Shown: positions 51,719 to 60,400 of the stretch, piece after piece
Layout of the letters: each line of letters starts with the position of its first letter
Position numbering within the stretch: position 1 is the stretch's first letter
NCBI GenBank assembly: GCA_965209035.1
Contig: OZ242372.1
Location: 448,001-512,000 of the forward strand
Length of the DNA: 64,000 nt
Direction of reading: 5' to 3'
DNA from: Gammaproteobacteria bacterium
GTDB lineage: Bacteria; Pseudomonadota; Gammaproteobacteria; CBDBNL01; JAAOII01
The notes under the pieces: generated by a model
The model's input: only the letters and a program-made list of their open reading frames with translations
The model's database searches: none
Told to the model about the DNA's origin: nothing
Program-made: the position numbers and the translations under genes

Positions 51719-54088
51719 TTAGGTCTTCGTTTGGGTGCGCGCAGCAGTTCGGGGCTTCGGATGCGGGCGACCGAACTTTAAGCCGGGCAACAATCCGGAA
51801 TACTTGTCATCCAGGGTGAGCATACAGGGCAAGAAAACAAACACACTGAACAGAGCGCCGGCAATTGCCAAAGCGCTAAAAAATCCGAACCGCACCATCA
51901 CAACCAGGTCGGACGCTATAAACACACCAAAACCGACCAACAGCAGCAGCGATGTCAAAAAAATTGGACGCGAAAGGACATCGGACACCTGCGGCAAAAC
52001 AAGGGAGCGGGTGCTCACTTTATCCTTTTGATAAAGTTGATAGTAATGCAGATAATGGATCGTATCGTCTATACAAAGTCCCAGACTAATACTGGCAACC
52101 AGGACAGTGGCAAAATCAAACGGCAAGCCGAGCATGGCAATACTGCCAAGCGAAACCCCAATGGGCAGCATGTTGGCGATCAGTGCGATGGTGCCGATAC
52201 GACCGCCGAAAAATAGAATAAAAAGAAACCACACGAGTATGAAGCATATCAAAAAAGACTCCAACTGGGTCCTCAGCACATAATCACTCAATGCTTGAAA
52301 GTAGTAACTTGTCCCCGTTAGTAACTTGTCGGCGGTGATCTTGTCGGCGAGGACCGGACGGATATGGTCGTCAAGAAGTCGGCGCACCTGTAAGGAACTG
52401 AGATTGGGCGTTTGCAGATGCAACCGGCTATTGGCGTAAGTAAAATCCACATAGGGAGAAAGGACATCGTTTTTCGTATCGGAGCGTGAAAACTCCAGAA
52501 ACAAAATTTCCTGTGCCAGTTGCTGCCGGGTGGTCGGGGTATCTTCCCCGGGAGCAAACTCCTTATGCACCAAGCGGATCGGCAGAAGGTAACTATTGAC
52601 ATAATTGACATTGGGAATTTTTTCCAAGTCCGCTACCATCGTGCGAATCTTATCAAATACTTCTATCTCGCGAAAGGCATCGTTCTCCCGCCGCAGAATA
52701 ATGTCTATGGCACCGCTCCCCCCCAAGTTATCATCAACAAACTGAAAGGCTTGATAGGTCTTACCCTGTTTGGGAAAAAACGCATCCAGAAAGTTTGTCT
52801 CGGTATATGCGAAGCGTAATTGTGCGATCACCAAACCGGTGGCAACCAGGATAAGCAGAGTAATCGGCAAGCCCGCAGACTGCATCCCCCGGGTGCAACG
52901 ACAAACCAACGAAAGACGCACCTGTTGCGAGCCGGCACCGGGTTTGTCGCGTTTTCCTCGCACCCGCACATCAAGTCGCTCACCCAGAGCGAAAAGCAGC
53001 GAAAAGGTCACCAACAATATCAAGGGGTATGCCAAGAGAACGCTAAGAAATGCGTCCAGACCAAATTGGCTCAATGGCAGCAGTTCGCTCACATAAAACA
53101 CACCAAAACCGGTCGCCGTGGTAAGAGAAGTTGCCAGACAAGGTAACCAGGTTTCTTTCAGAGTTTGCAATAGCCGTGCGTTGGGTTCCCGCATGTAAAC
53201 CAGATGTCGCCAACGGGCGAGAATATGGATGGAGTCCGCCACCGAGATGACAACAATGAGAATGGGCAGACTGAGACTCACCACATTAATGGCATGGCCA
53301 TTGAAAACTGTCACATTGACAGTCACTAAAAGAGTTAATAAAGCGGTGAGCATCACGATCAGACTCATCAGGAAACTGCGCAGAAACAAGATCAACAGGA
53401 TGAATGTTATCAGAATCACAATCGGCAGAAAACGCAACAGATTTCCGCGACTGCGCTTGTCCAACTGATAGATGAGCTCGGTTTCGCCGGTCAGGTCGTA
53501 ATCGTTCAAATAGTCGGTCTTAGAAAGGATGTCGCCAACCAACCCGATGACCTCCTCCCGTTTGGCAAACTTATATTTTGTCTCGCCATAGGCGATGTCG
53601 CTCTTGATAATCAGGGCAAAGGAATTCGCATCCCGGGCAATCAACTGCCCCCAATAGTCACTGTCAATTAAATGCTGCCGGTAGTCTTCCATGTCCTTCA
53701 GCAGGCCGCGATCCAACGCACTCTTGTAATCGGTTAGACTTAAGGAACCGTCCCGGTCCATAATTGCCAGTTTTGCGTGCAACGGCGAGTTAATTTGCTT
53801 GATATATCTGTTTTGCTCCAGTTCCCGATACACCGCATCCAGTTCGTCCAAGACACCCTCGGAAAAATAGTCTTGTTTGGTTCGGATCCCCACAACCAGA
53901 GATTCGCCCTGTTCAAATTCTTTGTCAAGATATTCTTTGGCCGCCCGCACCGGATGTTCTGCCGGCAACCAATGGTAATTATCAAAACGAACACCCAACA
54001 AGCCGGGCAATAAGGACGCAAATAACAAGCCCAGTAACAGCCCGACACCCAAAATACGCCATCTCATTCGCCCTGTGCCTCGTCCCAT
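51719..54088 (-). CDS. MMPL/RND-superfamily transporter
   Basis: Two repeats of TM + periplasmic domain + 5 TM; VADSIH, GLCIDDTIH and TSLTTA.GF motifs. Confidence 0.9.
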   Translation of the reverse strand: MGRGTGRMRWRILGVGLLLGLLFASLLPGLLGVRFDNYHWLPAEHPVRAAKEYLDKEFEQGESLVVGIRTKQDYFSEGVLDELDAVYRELEQNRYIKQINSPLHAKLAIMDRDGSLSLTDYKSALDRGLLKDMEDYRQHLIDSDYWGQLIARDANSFALIIKSDIAYGETKYKFAKREEVIGLVGDILSKTDYLNDYDLTGETELIYQLDKRSRGNLLRFLPIVILITFILLILFLRSFLMSLIVMLTALLTLLVTVNVTVFNGHAINVVSLSLPILIVVISVADSIHILARWRHLVYMREPNARLLQTLKETWLPCLATSLTTATGFGVFYVSELLPLSQFGLDAFLSVLLAYPLILLVTFSLLFALGERLDVRVRGKRDKPGAGSQQVRLSLVCRCTRGMQSAGLPITLLILVATGLVIAQLRFAYTETNFLDAFFPKQGKTYQAFQFVDDNLGGSGAIDIILRRENDAFREIEVFDKIRTMVADLEKIPNVNYVNSYLLPIRLVHKEFAPGEDTPTTRQQLAQEILFLEFSRSDTKNDVLSPYVDFTYANSRLHLQTPNLSSLQVRRLLDDHIRPVLADKITADKLLTGTSYYFQALSDYVLRTQLESFLICFILVWFLFILFFGGRIGTIALIANMLPIGVSLGSIAMLGLPFDFATVLVASISLGLCIDDTIHYLHYYQLYQKDKVSTRSLVLPQVSDVLSRPIFLTSLLLLVGFGVFIASDLVVMVRFGFFSALAIAGALFSVFVFLPCMLTLDDKYSGLLPGLKFGRPHPKPRTAARTQTKT

Positions 54089-54174
54089 GTCCTCCTATTC
54101 CCCTTCTCCCGGTGTTTGTATCTTATGTGCCTTCAATGGGAATATGAAAACAAGATGCCGGCGAGAGTATGACC

Positions 54175-55785
54175 TTAGAATCGATAACCGAGTGAAACCC
54201 GTAAGCTCGCCGCAAATGCGGAGAGGCGTTGCACATCCGTGGTGCCTCCGGCTTCTTCCTCTTCTTCCACTTCGGCGGCAACATTACTATCATTGAGATA
54301 TTGAAGAACATCCAAAGAAACAGCCGAAGTTAACCCGCCGTTGCTTCGGTGTTGATAATATAAAGTTGTCCCCTGAGCAAAACCGACTGTTCCCAAAGCC
54401 CAACCGATCCGTCCCCGCAGTTGTGCCCCCGTATTGCGCGCAATATGCAAAGCCGGGAAACACATATCCCGGTATTCTTCGTTGTCGTTCCCCGTCGCCT
54501 CCAAAAAAAGATCATAGCCGCGTTGACTCTTTTTATCAAAAGAATATCCCACACAGAGAAAATTAAAATTGGTGATCCATTTATCCGAATAATAGTCAAA
54601 ACCGACATTATAGATATCGCGCGTCAGATCCACATATTCTTTGTCGCCATTTTCGTTGGCGACCCAACGCAGGTAAGCTTTGATTGCTTCCGTATTGCCC
54701 GAAGTATATGGCAGCAAAAGTCCGCCAGCCGCCGCATCAATATCCGCGCTAACCAGGTTGCGCGCCCATTCAAACTTAATGGAATATCGGTTCACCGGAA
54801 TGGCAAGTTCAAAACCGTATGTGCTCACCGCACCAAAGGTCGGATCCGGCTCAGAGACAGGGAACTGGCTGTCTCCAATGCAGCCATCTATTGTTGCCGC
54901 CATTAATATTGTTGTTGTTTCGGGGTCTTCGTCACGACACACATAACTATCACCCCGGCGTAAAAACCTTGCCCGGGAAACCGGAAACTCGTAACCCTCA
55001 AAATAAGTCAACCCCACAATCACACGCGAACCCACATACAAAAGACGGACCGCCTGCTGAGAAGAATCTGCCGGTGTGGTTAATTTTGCCGTTCTCTCTG
55101 CCTCCTCTTCATCCGTGTACACTTGGTCACCGGTAAAACCGGTCAGTAATTGATCAGTCAGAAGTTGCGGAAAATAGTAATAGTGGATTTCCAACCCGCC
55201 CGGAATAAAAAATTGGGCGGCCGCCACATATTGCGGTAATCGGTTATCCACCTTGCTATAACTGAGGGTTGTGCTACTAAAATCTATGGGCAGCACAATA
55301 TCCACCGGCGATATCAAATCAAACTGACCGAAAACAATCCGCTTGCGTCCGAAAGAAAACAAGGCATAGTCAAAATCAAGATCAACATAGCCTTCCAGCA
55401 ATTCCACATCATCCGCCTCAACTTCCCGTGTAAATGTTTTGGTCTCACCGGTTCCTATGGTTCTGGATTCAAAAGCAAACTTCGCCAAAGAACGGTAGGC
55501 TCTGCCCTCCAGGGCGAACTTACCCCAGTTCCAATCCTCGTCATAACGCAGTCTGGCTTGCGTATTCCAACGCACATTGTCCTCATCAATAAAACCGCTG
55601 TAAGTTGCAAACAGAAGACCGCTGAAATGCTTTGTCCAATAGTCCGAACCGCCGCCATCCGTTACGACGTCCGTGCCGTCCTCTTCTTCAATAATGATGA
55701 CCGAATCATCCTCCGCAGCAAAAGAAACCATAGAAAGCAGAGAGAGCAGACACAGCCCGCAAAAGAGCATAATTTTAATCTTCAT
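54175..55785 (-). CDS. Putative outer-membrane beta-barrel protein (DUF1302-like)
   Basis: Signal peptide, E.YVD...SFGRKRI.FG..D...P.D motif, amphipathic strands and a terminal GYRF beta-signal. Confidence 0.65.
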   Translation of the reverse strand: MKIKIMLFCGLCLLSLLSMVSFAAEDDSVIIIEEEDGTDVVTDGGGSDYWTKHFSGLLFATYSGFIDEDNVRWNTQARLRYDEDWNWGKFALEGRAYRSLAKFAFESRTIGTGETKTFTREVEADDVELLEGYVDLDFDYALFSFGRKRIVFGQFDLISPVDIVLPIDFSSTTLSYSKVDNRLPQYVAAAQFFIPGGLEIHYYYFPQLLTDQLLTGFTGDQVYTDEEEAERTAKLTTPADSSQQAVRLLYVGSRVIVGLTYFEGYEFPVSRARFLRRGDSYVCRDEDPETTTILMAATIDGCIGDSQFPVSEPDPTFGAVSTYGFELAIPVNRYSIKFEWARNLVSADIDAAAGGLLLPYTSGNTEAIKAYLRWVANENGDKEYVDLTRDIYNVGFDYYSDKWITNFNFLCVGYSFDKKSQRGYDLFLEATGNDNEEYRDMCFPALHIARNTGAQLRGRIGWALGTVGFAQGTTLYYQHRSNGGLTSAVSLDVLQYLNDSNVAAEVEEEEEAGGTTDVQRLSAFAASLRVSLGYRF

Positions 55786-56005
55786 TTCCTTAACCTTTAA
55801 TAAGATCCAATATCTTAGGCATTAATGATCTGTAAGAACAGAGCCGATTGCGGTACACACTCTAAGAGGCAATTCGTCACCCTTTGGCAACCGATAAGAG
55901 GACTTCCCTTAAGAACGGAACCGGTGCGGAAATTCTTAAAAGTTGATTCAAAGTTTGTTTGAAGGCGTTCTTAAGTGTCCCAGTCTGCCACATCCTGTCG
56001 TTCCA

Positions 56006-56791
56006 TTAAAGTCGCAGCCCTTTGGTCGTAAAGAGGGAATCATTTAAGCGCAGCCCGACATCGGTTGAGCGAATCAGAATATTTGTCCGACTGTTTTTTT
56101 GCAGATTGCGCATCTCCGATTCAACCACAACATACATCCCCTTAACCTTGCGAATCTTACGATTGGAGAGGGTTTTTAATTTTTGACCCTTCCGGTCATA
56201 AAAGATCACTTCCAGCGGGACAAAAATGTCGCGATGAATCTTATATTCCAGTTTGGAATATTGGTCTTTCGCACTGACCGGCAAAGACACCACATAATAG
56301 GCATTGTCATCCTCGTTAAGCAATTCGTGCTTGTCTTCTTTTAATGTCCTGCCGGCAACATCCGCATTACTAAAATCCGAGCCCATAAAACTATTGTGCT
56401 TATCGGCACCGGATAGTTTCTTGACACTCTTAAATGCGGGCAAGTAAATCCACTGATCCGCCCCCAAGCGGTTATCGTTCCCATGACTCAGCAGCCCGGT
56501 ATTTTTAATATCCGCAGGCTGGTAAAAACGCACCAAGGACTTGCTCGCAGCCCCTTTTACCTTTTTCCAACTGGTAAAAAAGCGTTCGCGCTTGCGATCC
56601 TTGCTGTCAAAAACTTCCATATACACATCGTATTTTTGTGTCTTATGGATTCTGGCTTGATCCTGTACCTTTCGCATCACCTCGTCGCCGCTAATCGCCC
56701 ATGCACCGGGAGAAAACAGCAAGACAGAAACGATACCAACGCATCCGGCCATCAAACGAAAAGATAAGGGTTTGTATAAATGTATTGTCAT
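56006..56791 (-). CDS. LolA-like outer-membrane lipoprotein-sorting protein
   Basis: F..PADIK.TG.L, DQWIYLPA, SFMGSDFS..D and FYD..G..LK motifs; signal peptide. The start is probably 56791 or slightly downstream. Confidence 0.85.
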   Translation of the reverse strand: MTIHLYKPLSFRLMAGCVGIVSVLLFSPGAWAISGDEVMRKVQDQARIHKTQKYDVYMEVFDSKDRKRERFFTSWKKVKGAASKSLVRFYQPADIKNTGLLSHGNDNRLGADQWIYLPAFKSVKKLSGADKHNSFMGSDFSNADVAGRTLKEDKHELLNEDDNAYYVVSLPVSAKDQYSKLEYKIHRDIFVPLEVIFYDRKGQKLKTLSNRKIRKVKGMYVVVESEMRNLQKNSRTNILIRSTDVGLRLNDSLFTTKGLRL

Positions 56792-57421
56792 AATGTTATA
56801 TTTTATTGCTCCTGCTTGTAAGTATAATAAATTAAAAAATATTTTTACATAATCTCTGTGTAAAAACATTATAAAGCACCTTCCTTTCCTTGTTAAATAT
56901 TGGATTTTATTCTTGATGAACATAACCACCCGTTAAATAACAGCGGTAATTTTATGTCTCTTTTCAACCAACAATCCCTGTTCGCTTTCATCAATCGGTG
57001 AATGAGCGGTTGGGTTGGTACGGGATGCCCGCGAACAAAATCATCTTACAAGATTATTATGTCTTAAGATTATATGGGCGATCCGGGGTTTATAAAAAAT
57101 ATTGTTTCGCTACATCTAAAACATATAATCCCACCCGGTTTTAGGATCTTTGATCCGGATGATACACCATACCGAACTCCGCACCCCAAACCTTGCCGGG
57201 ATGATGCCGGGTGGACCGACAGGCTGGCGGGCAGATGGTGTCGGTAATTGTAACGGTACTTCGTTCGGTTGCCGAAGCACCGGGCGGGAGATGGTGCTGA
57301 GATGCTCGGCAGGCGGATTAGACAGATTTGTTAGATTGCACCGAAGTACCGGGGCGGTGGATTTACCGCCCGGGTTGCTTTGCTCTAACGGAAAGCCAGT
57401 GTTTGTTCTTCGTTAATTGTG

Positions 57422-60400
57422 CTATTGTTTGTCTCGGCCTTGTGCTGCCAGACCGCCAGGAACGCAGTTGAGCGCGGGGTATTGTGTTGCGTTGCCAAGA
57501 TCCCAGATGCGAACGAAGGATCCGCCGGGACCATTAGCGGCCGTGTTTGTCACCTCCTCGCCCGTATTTGGGTCGCACCAGAAGTTACCCCAACCTGCAT
57601 AGATGCCAGTGAAAGTAGTTGGATTTTGCAATTCCATCGTCGTTCTGCCTTCGCCTCGGTTACCGACAGCACCAGCACTGGACGACTGCCCGGTGGTTTG
57701 ATTGTCCCAATAAGAAACATCGACAGTGGATGCATCATCGGTCTGGCCGATCAAACCTCCAGTCAAGGTAGAACCTAAAGCCGGTCCGCTGGTAACATAA
57801 GAATTACGAATCGCAGCCCCATCCCCGACCCCGACCAATCCACCACCGGAAACAATTCCACCGGACGCATACGAATTACGAATCTCCGCATTCACCCCAT
57901 ACCCGATCAACCCTCCGTCCCAAAAATCACCGATAACAGATCCACCGGATACATACGAATGACGAATATCCACAAGTGGCCCATATCCGACCAGACCGCC
58001 GACAGCAACATTGCCGGATACAGATCCACCGGTTACAGATGAATAACGAATATCCACATCTCCACCCCACCCAATCAGACCACCAACATCAGCAAAACTG
58101 GAATAAACAGAAACATCGGACACGGACGAATACCAAATCGCCGCATTAATCCCATACCCGACCAGGCTACCAACTCTACCCACCAATTGACTGGTCACGT
58201 TCCCCCCTTTCACATGCACATTTTTAAAACGAGCACCGTCACCATAGCCCGCCAATATACCAACAAGACTTCCATCGCCCGAGACGTGTATGTATGCATT
58301 CAGCAGATGCAGATTTTGAACACTACCACCCACCGCACCAAACAGACCCACTCCATAATGAAGATCTCCTACAGAAATGAAAAGATCAGCAATACTGTGA
58401 TTGTTGCCGTCAAAGTTTCCTATATAGGGATTAGAACATTCAAAACTGTCACGACCAGTGACAAGGCAAAAACCAATTCGCGTCCAGCCGGCACCCATAG
58501 TCCAAACACTCATATTACCGCTGCCTTCGGCATAAGAAGCCGCATCACTAAAATTCAACGAACGGTTCAGTTCATAGCCGCGGCAACCGGACTGCAGACA
58601 ACCCGCATTTCCTAAAGCAGTCAGACCGTCGGTAGCATTATCGTCCACACCATCACCGTCCAAATCAGCTCGCAACAACGCCAACTCGTCCAAATTGTGA
58701 ACTTCTATGAGACCGTTATTGTCGTCATCCACATCCTCATCTCTATCCCGACAGCCGTCGTTATCTTTATCTGTCGTCGGACCAGAAGTCCAACCGGTTT
58801 CACCGCGCGGACAGAGATCCAAGGGAACTCCGTTGTCCGCAAGATCATTCACCCCATCGTTGTCGTCGTCCGAGTCCTCGCCACTGTCCTGACAACCATC
58901 GTTGTCGTAATCCGTCATCGGACCGGATATCCAGCCGGTTTCGCCGCGCGGACAGAGATCCAAGGGAACTCCGTTGTCCGCAAGATCATTCACCCCGTCA
59001 TTGTCATCATCTGTTTCTTCGACAAATTCATCGCGACAACCATCCCTGTCGTAATCCATGCTGACATTGGTGCCGGTCGAACAAGCATTCATCCCATCCG
59101 GAACACGATTATCATCGCCCTGCCGCTGCTGTTCTACACTGATAGGAAGACAATTTAGAGCAGGGTATTCACTGCTGGTTCCCAGATCCCACAAGCGAAT
59201 GAAGGAGCCACCGGGACCATTGGCATCGATGTCCTCGGTCACATTGCCTGTATTTGGCTCACACCAGAAGTTACCCCAATTCGCATAGATGCCAGTGAAA
59301 GTTGTCAGATTTTGTAGTATGAAGGTGGTTAACCCGATGCCGCCGCGACTGACCGATAGTCCAGTTGTTTGCGTATCCCAGTAGGAGTATCTCACTGTGC
59401 CATTCTGATAGCCACTAACCAGTCCGCCAACTCTGTCATTACCGGAAACATTTCTGGCAGCCGAATACGAATAACGAATCGTCGCCCCACCACCACGCCC
59501 GACCAGCCCACCGACACTAGAACGACCAGAAACAGTGCCACCATGCGTATACGAATTACGAATATCTGCATTAACCCCAGACCCGATCAGTCCACCGACC
59601 TCATTCCTACCGAAAACAGAAACACCAGAAATCCCCACATTACGAATATTCGTTATCAATCCAAACCCGACCAGTCCACCGACATTATTTCTACCGAAAA
59701 CAGAAACACCAGAAATTCCCACATTACGAATATCTGCATTAATCCCAAACCCGACTAGTCCACCGACACCATCCCTACCGAAAACAGAAACACCAGAAAT
59801 CCCCACATTACGAATATCTGCCGCCGACCCATGCCCGACCAGCCCACCGACACTAATATCCCCACCAAAAACAGGAACACTAGAAACCCGCGAATAACGA
59901 ATAGTCGCTCTTGCCCCATTTCCGATCAGACCACCTACATTGTCAGCAAACGAACTGTTCACGATCCCTTCTTCCGCACTCACATTTTCAAAATATCCGC
60001 CTCGACCATAGCCCGCCAACATACCAACATAGTTTCCGCCACCGGTGATATTCGCATTCAATAGATGCAAGTTTTGGATGCGACCGGCTAACGCAGCAAA
60101 CAGACCCACTCCATTCACATCATCACCTGCCGAAATTAAAAGATCGGCAATACTATGATTATTACCTTCAAAGGTCCCCGTATAGGACGAACATAGATTA
60201 AAAGTACTACAAGAACCAATCGGTGTCCAACCACTACCGGTTGTCCATGCCTCCATATTTTCACTGCCTCCAACATAGGAATCCACATCACTAAAATTTA
60301 ACGAGCGGTTCAGTTCATAGCCGCGGCAACCGGACGGCAAACAACCCGCATCTCCTAAAGCAGTCAGACCGTCGGTAGCATTATCGTCCACACCATCACC

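Noticed and set aside
55800-55980. Roughly 30-bp periodic TAAGA words and a CTTAAGAACG inverted repeat
   Set aside because: Too short and irregular to distinguish from chance or a simple intergenic hairpin.
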